A DNA stretch of 64,000 nucleotides from the NCBI GenBank assembly GCA_965202845.1, contig OZ241856.1, positions 1,155,886 through 1,219,885 on the forward strand, given 5' to 3'. Source of the DNA: Candidatus Marinacidobacterium sp. Its GTDB lineage: Bacteria > Acidobacteriota > Vicinamibacteria > Marinacidobacterales > Marinacidobacteraceae. The position numbers and the translations under genes were made by a program. The number at the start of each line of letters is the position of its first letter. Position 1 is the stretch's first letter. Under the pieces are notes generated by a model. The model saw nothing but the letters and a program-made list of their open reading frames with translations. It did not search any database and was not told the origin of the DNA. Below are positions 30,205 to 40,329 of the stretch, piece by piece.

Positions 30205-31146
30205 ATGTTCCTTCTCGGCCAGCAGATCGGCAAATACGAAGTCCGCCGCCACCTGGGAAAAGGAACCTTCGGGTCGGTGTATCTGGTGCGGGACGTCATG
30301 CTGGGAGCGCCCCGGGCGATCAAGGTGCCGCACGATCAGAGCGCCGAGGGTCGGGAGGCGCTGCTGGAGGAATCCCGCCTGCTGACCCGGCTGGAGCACG
30401 CGAACATCGTCCGCCTGCTCAGCTGCGACGAACACGAGGGAGTGCTCTTCGTGGTCATGGAATGGGTGGATGGCGCTTCGCTGGCGCGACGCATCGGCGT
30501 GGAAGGCCCCCTGCCCCTCCGGTCGGTCATCGGGATCGGGATCCAGATCGCCGCCGGCCTGGGGCACGCGCACCAGCAGGAGGTGCTGCACGGCGATCTC
30601 AACTCCGGCAACGTTCTGCTGTCGGGCGACACCGCCAAGATTTGCGACTTCGGGCTGGCGCGGACCCTCACGATCGCCGAGGAGGTTTCCGGGGCGATGG
30701 GGAATCCGCTCTACATGGCGCCCGAACAGCTTGCCGGAAGAGCCTGCCTGTCCTCGGATATCTACTCGACCGGAATCGTGCTCTACGAGGCGCTCACCGC
30801 CGGGTTCCCCTACGAGGACGCCGACCCGAATCGCCAGCGGGAGCGGATCCTCGAGGGGGGCGAGGCGAGTCCCCGGAAACGGAATCCGCGTGTGCCGGAG
30901 GATCTGGATCGGGTTGTGGTCCGCGCGCTCGCCCCCGAAACCGCGGACCGGTATCAGGACATCCTCGAACTCCGGAGCGACCTGGAGATGCTCTCCGAGG
31001 TGGGCGCCGACGCCTCCGACTGGGCCACCGTGCAGGGGCGCATCCGGTCCGCCGCGCCCCAGCGCCCCCGACTCTGCTGGCGCTGCCAGCGTCCTCTTCA
31101 TCCGGCGGCCCCGGTCTGCGCCCATTGCGGCGGAGCCGCAAACTGA
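30205..31146 (+). CDS. serine/threonine protein kinase (Hanks-type) with a C-terminal zinc-ribbon
   Basis: GKGTFGSVY...AIK (VAIK-like). Catalytic loop HGDLNSGNVLL. DFG motif. APE motif. Terminal CWRCQ...CAHCGG. Confidence 0.85.
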   Translation: MFLLGQQIGKYEVRRHLGKGTFGSVYLVRDVMLGAPRAIKVPHDQSAEGREALLEESRLLTRLEHANIVRLLSCDEHEGVLFVVMEWVDGASLARRIGVEGPLPLRSVIGIGIQIAAGLGHAHQQEVLHGDLNSGNVLLSGDTAKICDFGLARTLTIAEEVSGAMGNPLYMAPEQLAGRACLSSDIYSTGIVLYEALTAGFPYEDADPNRQRERILEGGEASPRKRNPRVPEDLDRVVVRALAPETADRYQDILELRSDLEMLSEVGADASDWATVQGRIRSAAPQRPRLCWRCQRPLHPAAPVCAHCGGAAN

Positions 31147-31172
31147 CAGCATCCAAACGATACGCTCACCGG

Positions 31173-31652
31173 GTGCCCCAAAACCCCTCCGTTTCGCCGC
31201 CCCGCTCCGCATGGGTGGTCTCCCTCTCCCTTCTCGCCCGGCGGGATCTGAGCGAAGGGGAAGTGCGCGCCCGGCTGCTGGACCGCGAGTATCCGAACGG
31301 GGAAGTCGAAGAGACGATCGGCAAACTGCGGCAGCATCGCTACCTGGACGACCGGACGCTCGCCGTGGAAGTCGCAGGGAGCAGGGCGCGCCGGAAACTC
31401 CACGGGCCGGCGAAGGTCACCGCGCACCTCCGACGCCGCCGGTTCCCCGCGGAGCTGGTCGAGGAGGCGGTGCGCGCCGCCTTCCCCGGGGAGACCGAAT
31501 TGGCGCGCGCCCGGGACGCGCTCCAGCGGATGCGGGAAACCCGCACGCCGCCTGACCGGCCGGGAGCGTACCGGCGGCTGGCGAACCGCGGCTTCTCCCC
31601 GGAAGCGATCCGGGAAGCGGTCGCCGACTACCCCGGAGGCGCCCCGTCATGA
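31173..31652 (+). CDS. recX: regulatory protein RecX
   Basis: Three-helix-repeat RecX pattern (LLARRDLSEGEVRARLLDREYPNGEVEETIGKLRQHRYLDDRTLA...). Located directly upstream of alaS, as in the classic recA-recX-alaS arrangement. GTG start assumed. Confidence 0.75.
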   Translation: MPQNPSVSPPRSAWVVSLSLLARRDLSEGEVRARLLDREYPNGEVEETIGKLRQHRYLDDRTLAVEVAGSRARRKLHGPAKVTAHLRRRRFPAELVEEAVRAAFPGETELARARDALQRMRETRTPPDRPGAYRRLANRGFSPEAIREAVADYPGGAPS

Positions 31653-34360
31653 CCCCGGCGTCCAGCGACGACCTGCGGAAGGCGTTCGTCGATTTCTTCC
31701 GGGAGCGGGATCACCGGGTCACGCGCAGTTCGCCGCTGGTTCCGGCGGACGATCCGACGCTGCTGTTCGCCAACGCCGGGATGAACCAGTTCAAGGACAT
31801 CTTCCTGGGGCGCGAGCCGCCGGGTTCGCCCCCGCGCGCGGTGAGCGTGCAGAAGTGCGTCCGGGCCGGCGGCAAGCACAACGATCTGGAGAACGTCGGG
31901 TTCACCCCCCGGCACCACACCTTTTTCGAGATGCTCGGCAACTTCTCCTTCGGGGACTACTTCAAGGAGGAGGCCATCGATTTCGCCTGGGATTTCCTGA
32001 CCCGGGACCTGGGACTGGCGCCGGAGCGCCTCTCGGCCTCCGTCTTCGCCGGCGACCGGGGGACCCCGCGCGACGAGGAGGCGGAGCGCTTCTGGCGGCG
32101 CCACCTTCCGGCGGATCGGATCGAGGCGCTTCCCGCCTCCGAGAATTTCTGGGCGATGGGTGAAACCGGTCCCTGCGGCCCCTGTTCGGAAATCCACTAC
32201 GACCAGGGGCCCGATTTCCCGGGACCGGACCGCCGCCTTGAAATCTGGAACTTGGTGTTCATGCAGTTCGACCGGGACGAATCGGGCGCGCTGCGTCCGC
32301 TTCCTGCCCCGTCGGTGGACACCGGCATGGGGCTGGAGCGCCTCGCGGCGGTGATGCAAGGAGCCGCCTCCAACTACGACACCGACCTCTTCTCCGACCT
32401 GATCGGATGGGTGCGGGAGCGGGCGGGCGTTTCGCCGGGCGGGACGCTCGAATCCGCCGCCCGGGTGCTCGCCGACCACGCCCGGGCCGCCGCCTTCCTG
32501 ATCGCCGACGGCGTGCTCCCGGCGAACGACGGGCGGGGCTATGTGCTCCGCAAGATACTGCGCCGCGCCCTTCGCTACGGGCGCAAGGCGGAGATCGCCG
32601 GGCCGTTCCTCGCGGACCTGACCGGGCTCGCGATCCGGCGCATGCGGAACGGCTATCCGGAGCTCGAGGACGCGCGCGATCTGGCGCTCCGCGTGGCCGG
32701 CTTCGAGGAGGAGCGCTTTTCCGGCGCGCTCCGCACCGCGATGGTCCAGCTGGACCGGATCCTGGCCTCCGACCAGACCCGGATCGCGGGCCGGATCGCG
32801 GGCGCCGACGCCTTTCGGCTTCACGACACCTTCGGGCTGTCGCTGGATCTGGTCAGCGAGGTCGCGCGGGAGCAGGGACTCGACGTGGACACCGCCGGTT
32901 TCGACCGGGAGATGCAGTCCCAGCGCGAACGCGCCCGGCAGTCCTGGAAGGGCAAGCCCGCCGCTGCCGGCCGGACCCGCTACCAGGAGTTCGTCGGCGA
33001 CAAACCGACCGAATTCACTGGCTACGAAGCCACCGAAACATCCGGCGCGGTCACCCTGGCGGCGCTGCTCCCCGACGAAAACGGCGCGCTCCAGTCGGCG
33101 CCGGCGCTCCGGGAGGGGGAGCAGGGCGAACTGATTCTGAACCGCACTCCCTTCTATCCGGAAGGCGGCGGACAGGTGGGCGACCGCGGAAGCCTCCGCG
33201 GTCCGGGCGGGATCGCCGAGGTTCTGGACACCCGGATGCGCGACGGGCTGGTGATCCACGCGGTCCGGCTCCGCAGCGGTTCGATCGGCGTGGGCGACGC
33301 GCTGGAGGCGCGGGTGCACGGCGCCCGCCGGGACGGCGCCCGCCAGCACCACACGGTCACCCACCTGCTCCACGCCGCCCTCCGCGACACCCTGGGGCCG
33401 CACGTGAAGCAGGCCGGATCCCTGGTCGCCCCCGATCGGCTGCGGTTCGACTTCACCCACTTCGCCGCCCTCACTCCCGGCGAACTGGAGACCATCGAGG
33501 GGCGGGTGAACGAACAGATCCGGTCCAGCCGCGAGGTCACGGCCCGGGTCATGCCGCTGGACGCCGCCCTCGACCGGGGGGCGCTCGCCTTCTTCGGCGA
33601 CAAGTACGGAACCGAGGTCCGGGTGATCGAGATTCCCGAATACAGCATCGAGCTTTGCGGCGGGACCCACCTGGCGAGCACCGGGGAAGCGGGTCTCTTC
33701 GTGATTGTTTCGGAGGAGTCGGTCGCCGCCGGCGTCCGCCGCATCGAAGCCCTGAGCGGTTCGGCGGCGCTCGCCCACATGCGCGGCGCCCGGCGTCTGC
33801 TCCACGAGATCGGGCAGGTCGTCCGCAGCCGTCCCGAAGAGGCGCCGGCGCGTTTCGGAAAGCTCGAGGCCGAACTCGCGGCGGCGCGCCGGGAAATTTC
33901 CCGATTGACCGATCAGCTGGCCAGCCGGACGCTGGGCGATGCGGCTTCCGAAGGCGACGGCACCGAACGCATCGGCCCGGTGCTCCTCTGGGCGCCGCCG
34001 CCCTTCGAGGGAATCCCCAAAAACGAACACCGACGCCTGATGGACGGCTTTCGCGACCGCCAGTCGCCGGACAGCTCATGGGTCGCGCTGGTCTCCACCG
34101 TCCGCAACGGCCGGGCGGCGGTGATTCTGGCGGTCTCCGACGATCTGGCGTCCCGCCTCCCCGCGCACCAGCTGCTGGCGGACGCGGCGGCGGAGATCGG
34201 CGGCCGGGCCGGAGGGCGCGCCCAGCGCGCCGAGGGCGGCGGACCCAACCCCGAAGGGCTGCCGACGCTGGCCGCCCGGGTGCGCGACGCCGTCAGCGGG
34301 CTCGCCGGAATCAGCCGAACTCGATCCCTTGCGCCAGCGGGAGGTCCTTCGACCAGTTGA
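31649..34360 (+). CDS. alaS: alanine--tRNA ligase
   Basis: N-terminus FANAGMNQFKDIFLG... HxxxH editing motifs. 903 aa. The ATG overlaps the recX stop (ATGA). Confidence 0.9.
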   Translation: MTPASSDDLRKAFVDFFRERDHRVTRSSPLVPADDPTLLFANAGMNQFKDIFLGREPPGSPPRAVSVQKCVRAGGKHNDLENVGFTPRHHTFFEMLGNFSFGDYFKEEAIDFAWDFLTRDLGLAPERLSASVFAGDRGTPRDEEAERFWRRHLPADRIEALPASENFWAMGETGPCGPCSEIHYDQGPDFPGPDRRLEIWNLVFMQFDRDESGALRPLPAPSVDTGMGLERLAAVMQGAASNYDTDLFSDLIGWVRERAGVSPGGTLESAARVLADHARAAAFLIADGVLPANDGRGYVLRKILRRALRYGRKAEIAGPFLADLTGLAIRRMRNGYPELEDARDLALRVAGFEEERFSGALRTAMVQLDRILASDQTRIAGRIAGADAFRLHDTFGLSLDLVSEVAREQGLDVDTAGFDREMQSQRERARQSWKGKPAAAGRTRYQEFVGDKPTEFTGYEATETSGAVTLAALLPDENGALQSAPALREGEQGELILNRTPFYPEGGGQVGDRGSLRGPGGIAEVLDTRMRDGLVIHAVRLRSGSIGVGDALEARVHGARRDGARQHHTVTHLLHAALRDTLGPHVKQAGSLVAPDRLRFDFTHFAALTPGELETIEGRVNEQIRSSREVTARVMPLDAALDRGALAFFGDKYGTEVRVIEIPEYSIELCGGTHLASTGEAGLFVIVSEESVAAGVRRIEALSGSAALAHMRGARRLLHEIGQVVRSRPEEAPARFGKLEAELAAARREISRLTDQLASRTLGDAASEGDGTERIGPVLLWAPPPFEGIPKNEHRRLMDGFRDRQSPDSSWVALVSTVRNGRAAVILAVSDDLASRLPAHQLLADAAAEIGGRAGGRAQRAEGGGPNPEGLPTLAARVRDAVSGLAGISRTRSLAPAGGPSTS

Positions 34361-35876
34361 CGGTGTTCGTCTGGCGGCGCATGTAGGCCTTCCAGGCGTC
34401 CGAGCCGGACTCCCGGCCGCCGCCGGTGTCCTTTTCGCCGCCGAAAGCGCCGCCGATCTCCGCGCCGGAAGTGCCGATGTTCACGTTGGCGATGCCGCAG
34501 TCGGAGCCCCGCGCCGAGAGGAAGGTCTCGGCCTCGCGCAGGCTGTCGGTGAAAATCGCCGAGGAAAGCCCCTGCGGAACGTCGTTGTGGAGCGCGATGG
34601 CCTGCTCCAGCGAATCGGTCTCGAGGATGTAGAGGATGGGGGCGAAGGTCTCCTCGCGCACCAGATCGGTCTGGGCCGGCATCCGGACGATGGCCGGCTC
34701 CACGTGCCAGGGGCCGATGTCCGGGCGGCGCCGCCCGCCCTGGACCAGCGTCCCGCCGGCGAGAATCGCGTGCTCCAGCGCCTGCTGCATCCGAACCACC
34801 GCCGATCCGGAGACCAGCGGCCCCATGAGGGTCGCCGCATCCAGCGGGTCGCCGATCCGGATCTGCCGGTAGGCGTCCGCCAGCCGCTCGACCAGCCGGT
34901 CCGCGATCCTCCGGTCGACGAGGACGCGACGGGTGGTGGTGCACCGCTGCCCGGTGGTTCCCACCGCGCCGAAGACCAGCGCCCGCACCGCGAGGTCGAG
35001 ATCGGCGTTCGCGCTGACCACGATGGCGTTGTTGCCGCCGAGCTCCAGCAGGCAGCGTCCCAGGCGTTCGGCGACCACTGCGGCGACCTTGCGCCCGACC
35101 GCGGTCGAGCCGGTGAACGAGATCAGCGGAAGCCGGCGGTCGGCTGCCAGCCGGGCGCCGACCCCGCCGTCGCCGATCAGCAGGTTGAAGACCCCGGAGA
35201 CCCCGTGATCGGCGGCCACCCGGTTCGCGATCCGCTGGACCGCGACCGAGCAGAGCGGGGTCAGGTCGGACGGCTTCCAGATTACCGGATCCCCGCAAAC
35301 GACGGCGATCGCCGCGTTCCAGGACCAGACCGCGGTCGGGAAGTTGAAGGCGGTGATCACCCCGACCGGACCCAGCGGATGCCACTGTTCGAACATCCGG
35401 TGGCCGGGGCGCTCGGAAGCCATCGTGAGGCCGTAGAGCTGGCGCGAGAGGCCGACCGCGAAGTCGCAGATGTCGATCATCTCCTGGACCTCGCCGTGGC
35501 CTTCGGCGCGGATCTTCCCCATCTCCAGCGCGATCAGGTCGCCCAGCGGCTCCTTGTCCTCGCGAAGCGCCTCGCCCAGGTCCCGGACCAGCGCGCCGCG
35601 CTTCGGCGCCGGGGTCTCCCGGAACCAGCGGAAGCTCTCCCCGGCGGCGACGATCACGCTCTCGACCGCCTCCGCGTTTGCGGGGACCACGCTGGCGATG
35701 GGTTCGCCGGTCGTCGGATTCGTCGAGACCAGCGGCGCCTCGGCGGTCAGGATCCAGGAATCGGGGCCGTGGCAGGCGCCGGGGATCCCGTCCCCGAGGC
35801 CCAGCCGGTCCAATAGCGAGTCGGTTGGGGAGTCGGTTGGGGAGTCAGTTGGGGAGTCGGTTGGGGCGTCGGACAT
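34311..35876 (-). CDS. aldehyde dehydrogenase family 7 (alpha-aminoadipic semialdehyde / piperideine-6-carboxylate dehydrogenase-like)
   Basis: ALDH motifs (FTGSTAVGRKV, ELGGNN, the catalytic Cys in GQRCT) with the antiquitin-like C-terminus ...KDLPLAQGIEFG. The N-terminus carries an MSDAPTDSPTDSPTDSPTDS repeat. Confidence 0.85.
   Translation of the reverse strand: MSDAPTDSPTDSPTDSPTDSLLDRLGLGDGIPGACHGPDSWILTAEAPLVSTNPTTGEPIASVVPANAEAVESVIVAAGESFRWFRETPAPKRGALVRDLGEALREDKEPLGDLIALEMGKIRAEGHGEVQEMIDICDFAVGLSRQLYGLTMASERPGHRMFEQWHPLGPVGVITAFNFPTAVWSWNAAIAVVCGDPVIWKPSDLTPLCSVAVQRIANRVAADHGVSGVFNLLIGDGGVGARLAADRRLPLISFTGSTAVGRKVAAVVAERLGRCLLELGGNNAIVVSANADLDLAVRALVFGAVGTTGQRCTTTRRVLVDRRIADRLVERLADAYRQIRIGDPLDAATLMGPLVSGSAVVRMQQALEHAILAGGTLVQGGRRRPDIGPWHVEPAIVRMPAQTDLVREETFAPILYILETDSLEQAIALHNDVPQGLSSAIFTDSLREAETFLSARGSDCGIANVNIGTSGAEIGGAFGGEKDTGGGRESGSDAWKAYMRRQTNTVNWSKDLPLAQGIEFG
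35818..35865. repeat. 12-bp tandem repeat x4 (GAGTCGGTTGGG; the third unit is GAGTCAGTTGGG), in-frame within the 5' end of the ALDH7 gene (encodes (PTDS)4)
   Basis: Direct reading. The repeats are perfect except for one G>A change in unit 3. Confidence 0.8.
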
Positions 35877-35915
35877 CGCCGGGAATGTTAGGAGGACGCG
35901 ATAATCCCCGCTCCC

Positions 35916-38195
35916 GTGTTCCGACGTTCCGGTCTCTGCATCCTCCTCCTCGCCGCCGCCTGCGGCGGAGGCGTCGATCCGATCCGGCCGCTGAACGTGG
36001 TGGTGGTGACCCTGGACACCCTCTCCGCCCGGCACCTGAGCCCCTACGGCAGCGAGCGGATCCGCACTCCGGCCTTTGAGCGGGTCGCCGCCGAGGGCGT
36101 CCTCTTCGAGCAGGCCACCGCGAGCGTTCCGCTCACCCTGCCCTCGCACGCCACCATGTTCACCGGAACCCACCCGATGTTCCACGGAGTCCGGGACAAC
36201 GGCGGCTACCCGGTCCCGGACTCGGCGGAGACGCTGGCCGAAACGCTCGCCGCCGCCGGGTATCGCACCGGCGGGTTCATCGGCGCCTTCGTCCTGGATT
36301 CGCGCTGGGGGCTGGACCAGGGCTTCGAGCGCTATTTCGACGACTTCGACTTCGGGGAATTCGAATCCTTCGGGCTGGACACCGTCCAGCGCCCCGGCAA
36401 CGAGGTGCTGGACGCCGCCCTCGACTGGATGGGGCAGGTGCGGGAGGAGCGGTTCTTCGCCTGGATTCATTTCTACGACCCGCACTGGCCCTACGAGCCG
36501 CCGGAGCCTTGGCGCTCCCGGGTCGGCGACTACCGGGAAGCCCGCTACGACAGCGAGGTGCTGTTCACCGACTTTCTGGTGGGGCGGCTGCTCGACTGGC
36601 TGGACGCGAACGCCCTCGTTCGGGACACCCTGCTGGTTCTGATCGCCGACCACGGGGAGAGTCTGGGGCGGCACCAGGAGACCGCCCACGGGTTCTTCAT
36701 CTACGACGCCTCGATGCAGGTGCCCTTCCTGGTGCGCGCCCCCTACCGCCAGATCGCCGGCGGCCGGCGGGTGGCCGCCCAGGTGCGGGGCGTGGACCTG
36801 ACGCCCACCGTCCTGGACCTGGTGGGGGTGGGCATCCCGGAGGCGGTCCAGGGCGAGAGCCTGCTGCCGCTGCTGGACGGGTCGGTGGAGGACCTGGGGC
36901 TTTGGGCCTACAGCGAGAGCTTCTATCCCCGGAACCACTACGGCTGGGCGCCGCTCCACGCGCTGCGTAACGGGTTGCTGCACTTCATCTCCGCCCCCCG
37001 CCCGGAGATCTACGAGATCGCGGCCGACCCCGGGCAGCGGCGGAATCTGGCCGGCGAACGCCCCGGACAGCTGGAGCAGCTGGAGGCGCGGCTGCGTCGC
37101 ATGATGGCCGGATACGCATCGGGAGTGGAACGCCCGGCGCAGATGGTGGACGAGGAGACGCGCGCCCGGCTGGCGGCGCTCGGCTACCTGGGCGGAACCG
37201 CGCCGGTTCCGGTCCGGGACGAATCCGACCTCGCCGACCCCAAGGACAAGGTGCATCTCTACAACCTGCTGAAGCTGGCGGGAACCGATTCGAGCGAGGG
37301 CCGGATCGACGAGGCGATGGCTTCGGTGCGCCGGGCGCTCGCCGAGGATGCGGGCATCCTGGAAGCCCACCTGATCCTCGGCAACCTGCACCGGAAGCGA
37401 CGGGCTTGGGACGAGGCCATCGCCGCCTACCGGGACGCGCTGGCGCTGGACGAGAACTACAAATCGGCGGTGCTGGGGCTCGCCGACGCCTACCGGCTGG
37501 CCGGGCGCTCCGCCGAAGCGGAGGCCGGCTACCGACGGCTGCTGGAGCTGGACCCGAACGACAACATCGGCGCCTTCCACCTCGCCGGCATCCTTGCCGG
37601 GCGGGAGAATTGCGACGGCGCGCTCGAAACGCTGGCCCGGCTGGAGGGCGCCGGAGAGATGCAGGCGCCGGCCCGGAACCTGAAGGGCGAGTGCCTGCTC
37701 AGCCTGGAGCGCCTCGACGAGGCCGAAATCGAATTTCGGCTAGCGCTCGAACGGGACGAACGGCTTTCCGAAGCCTGGTACAACCTCGCGCTGCTCCACG
37801 AGGAGCGGGGCGAAGCCGATGCGGCCCTCCGCGCCTACGAGGCCCGCCTGGAGCAGGCGCCCCGGGACTTCCGCTCGCACTTCAACCTCGCCCGGCTGTT
37901 CGGCGCCCTGGGGGACCGGGAGCGCATGGAGGCCGGCTTCCGCGACGCCATCGCCTACAACCCCGAATTCGCAGTCGGGCATCTCCATCTCGCCAAGGCG
38001 CTTCTCGACCGGGGCGCCCTCGAGGAGGCGGAGGACATGGCGCGCCGGGGAAACGCGCTCGACCCGCCGCCCGACATGGCGCCCTTCGGCTACTTCGTCC
38101 TCGCCGACATCTACAGCCGCCTGGGGAGGCGCGCCGACGCCGAGCGCGCGTTCCGCCGAGGCGAAACCCTGCGCCGCCAAGGAGAACAACCATGA
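35916..38195 (+). CDS. sulfatase family lipoprotein with a C-terminal TPR domain
   Basis: Lipobox LLLAAACGG. The sulfatase N-domain has TLDTLSARHL but lacks a C/SxPxR formylglycine motif, so it is more like the sulfatase/phosphoglycerol-transferase superfamily, with LIADHGE. About 300 aa of TPR repeats follow at the C-terminus. GTG start. Confidence 0.8.
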   Translation: MFRRSGLCILLLAAACGGGVDPIRPLNVVVVTLDTLSARHLSPYGSERIRTPAFERVAAEGVLFEQATASVPLTLPSHATMFTGTHPMFHGVRDNGGYPVPDSAETLAETLAAAGYRTGGFIGAFVLDSRWGLDQGFERYFDDFDFGEFESFGLDTVQRPGNEVLDAALDWMGQVREERFFAWIHFYDPHWPYEPPEPWRSRVGDYREARYDSEVLFTDFLVGRLLDWLDANALVRDTLLVLIADHGESLGRHQETAHGFFIYDASMQVPFLVRAPYRQIAGGRRVAAQVRGVDLTPTVLDLVGVGIPEAVQGESLLPLLDGSVEDLGLWAYSESFYPRNHYGWAPLHALRNGLLHFISAPRPEIYEIAADPGQRRNLAGERPGQLEQLEARLRRMMAGYASGVERPAQMVDEETRARLAALGYLGGTAPVPVRDESDLADPKDKVHLYNLLKLAGTDSSEGRIDEAMASVRRALAEDAGILEAHLILGNLHRKRRAWDEAIAAYRDALALDENYKSAVLGLADAYRLAGRSAEAEAGYRRLLELDPNDNIGAFHLAGILAGRENCDGALETLARLEGAGEMQAPARNLKGECLLSLERLDEAEIEFRLALERDERLSEAWYNLALLHEERGEADAALRAYEARLEQAPRDFRSHFNLARLFGALGDRERMEAGFRDAIAYNPEFAVGHLHLAKALLDRGALEEAEDMARRGNALDPPPDMAPFGYFVLADIYSRLGRRADAERAFRRGETLRRQGEQP

Positions 38196-40318
38196 ACATC
38201 CACCGCTTCGCCCCCATCCTGCTCGCTGTCGCGCTCGGTTGCGGCGGCTCGAACAACCCCACCACGGAGTCCATGTCGGAAAACCCTCTCCTCACCGAAA
38301 GCGCGCTGTTGCATCGCCTGCCGCCGTTCGACCGGATCCGGGACGAGCACTACCTCCCGGCGTTCGAGCGGGGCATGGCCGAGGACCTCGCCGAAGCGGA
38401 GCGGATCGCCGCGCTCGACGAGCCGCCCACCTTCGAGAACACGATCACGCCGATGGAGAGCGGTTCGCCGCTGCTGTCCCGGGTCTCGCGGGTGTTCTTC
38501 GGCCTTTCGTCGGCGCACACCAACGACGCCATGAACGCGATCCGGGAGGAGATCTCGCCGAAGCTCGCCGCCCACGCCGACCGCATCCTGCTGAACCCGG
38601 ACCTGTTCGCACGGGTCCGGGCCCTCCACGACGCCCGGCATGACAGCGGCCTCGACGCCGAGCAGGTCCGGCTGGTCGAGGAATACCACCGGAACTTCAT
38701 CCGCGCGGGCGCCAATCTCTCCGAGGAGCAGAAGGAGCGGATGCGCGCAATCAACTCCCGCCTCGCCTCGCTCGGCGCTTCCTTCACCCGGAATGTTCTG
38801 GATGAAGTGAACGCCTCGGCGGTGGTGGTGGACACCGAGGCGGAACTTGACGGACTGGACGAAGGCGAAATCGCCGCCGCCGCCGAAGCCGCCAGGGCCC
38901 GGGATCTGGAAGGCAAGTTCGTGATTCCGTTGCTGAACACCAGCGGCCAACCGGCGCTTGCGAGCCTCACCGACCGGGACCTTCGCGAGCGGATCCTGCG
39001 CGCCTCGCTCGCCCGCGGCAGCAGCGGCGGCGAGTATGACAACCGGGAGATCATCACCGAAATCGCCCGACTCCGGGCGGAGCGGGCGGCCCTGCTCGGC
39101 TATCCGCATCACGCGGCGTTCGTTCTGGAGGAGCAGACGGCCGGCACGGTGGAGGCGGTTCACGAGCGGCTGGCGGCGCTCACCCCGGCGGCGGTCCGGA
39201 ACGCCCGCCGGGAGGCGGCCGCATTGGAACGGGCAGCCCGCGCCGAGGGAGCGGACATCGAGATCGCCGCCTGGGACTGGCAGTTCTACACCGAGAAGCT
39301 GCGCGCCGAGCTCTACGACTTCGACGCCGCGGCGCTCCGCCCCTACTTCGAGCTGCACAGCGTGCTGGAAAACGGCGTGTTCCACGCGGCGAACCTGCTT
39401 TTCGGGCTGACCTTCGAGGAGCGGCCGGAGCTGCCGACCTACCAGGAGGACGTGCGGATCTGGGAAGTCTTCGACCACGACGGCTCTTCGCTCGGGCTTT
39501 TTCTCGGCGACTTCCACGCCCGCCCGTCCAAGCGCGGCGGCGCCTGGATGAACGCCTACGTTCCGCAGTCGGGGCTTTTGGGGACTCGTCCGGTGGTGGC
39601 GAACCATCTCAACATTCCCGAGCCGCCGGAGGGCGAGCCGACCCTGATGACCTTCGACGAGGTCATCACCCTGTTCCACGAGTTCGGGCACGCCCTGCAC
39701 GGGCTGTTTTCGGATGTGCGCTACCCGACCTTCGCCGGCACTTCGGTTCCCCGCGACTTCGTGGAGTTCCCCTCCCAGGTGAACGAGATGTGGGCGACCT
39801 GGCCGGAAGTGCTCCGCAACTACGCAGTGCACTACCAGACCGGCGAGCCGATCCCCGGCGACCTGCTGGAGCGGGTGCTGGAGAGCCAGACCTTCAACCA
39901 GGGGTTCGCCACCACCGAATACCTGGCCGCCACCCTGCTGGACCTGGCGTGGCACGAACGGGCGGTCTCCGAAATCCCGACCGCCGAGCAGGCGATCGCC
40001 TTCGAGGAGAACGCGCTGGAAGCCGCCGGAGTCGCGTTTCCGCCGACGCCTCCCCGCTACCGCAGCACGTACTTCTCCCACATCTGGGGAAGCGGCTATT
40101 CCGCCGGGTACTACTCGTACATCTGGAGCGAGGTGCTGGACGCCGACAGCGTGGAGTGGTTCCGCGAGAACGGCGGCCCCACCCGCGAAAACGGGGACCA
40201 CTTCCGGGCGACCCTGCTCTCCAGGGGCGGATCGGTGGATGCGATGGAGCTGTTCCGCGCCTTCCGCGGCCGCGACGCCGACATCGCCCCGCTGCTGAAG
40301 CGCCGGGGACTGGAGTAG
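38192..40318 (+). CDS. M3 family metallopeptidase (peptidyl-dipeptidase Dcp / oligopeptidase A-like), lipoprotein
   Basis: AAGGAG RBS before the ATG. Lipobox LAVALGCGG. HEFGH zinc motif. Overall M3A architecture. Confidence 0.85.
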   Translation: MNIHRFAPILLAVALGCGGSNNPTTESMSENPLLTESALLHRLPPFDRIRDEHYLPAFERGMAEDLAEAERIAALDEPPTFENTITPMESGSPLLSRVSRVFFGLSSAHTNDAMNAIREEISPKLAAHADRILLNPDLFARVRALHDARHDSGLDAEQVRLVEEYHRNFIRAGANLSEEQKERMRAINSRLASLGASFTRNVLDEVNASAVVVDTEAELDGLDEGEIAAAAEAARARDLEGKFVIPLLNTSGQPALASLTDRDLRERILRASLARGSSGGEYDNREIITEIARLRAERAALLGYPHHAAFVLEEQTAGTVEAVHERLAALTPAAVRNARREAAALERAARAEGADIEIAAWDWQFYTEKLRAELYDFDAAALRPYFELHSVLENGVFHAANLLFGLTFEERPELPTYQEDVRIWEVFDHDGSSLGLFLGDFHARPSKRGGAWMNAYVPQSGLLGTRPVVANHLNIPEPPEGEPTLMTFDEVITLFHEFGHALHGLFSDVRYPTFAGTSVPRDFVEFPSQVNEMWATWPEVLRNYAVHYQTGEPIPGDLLERVLESQTFNQGFATTEYLAATLLDLAWHERAVSEIPTAEQAIAFEENALEAAGVAFPPTPPRYRSTYFSHIWGSGYSAGYYSYIWSEVLDADSVEWFRENGGPTRENGDHFRATLLSRGGSVDAMELFRAFRGRDADIAPLLKRRGLE

Positions 40319-40329
40319 TCGTACGATTC

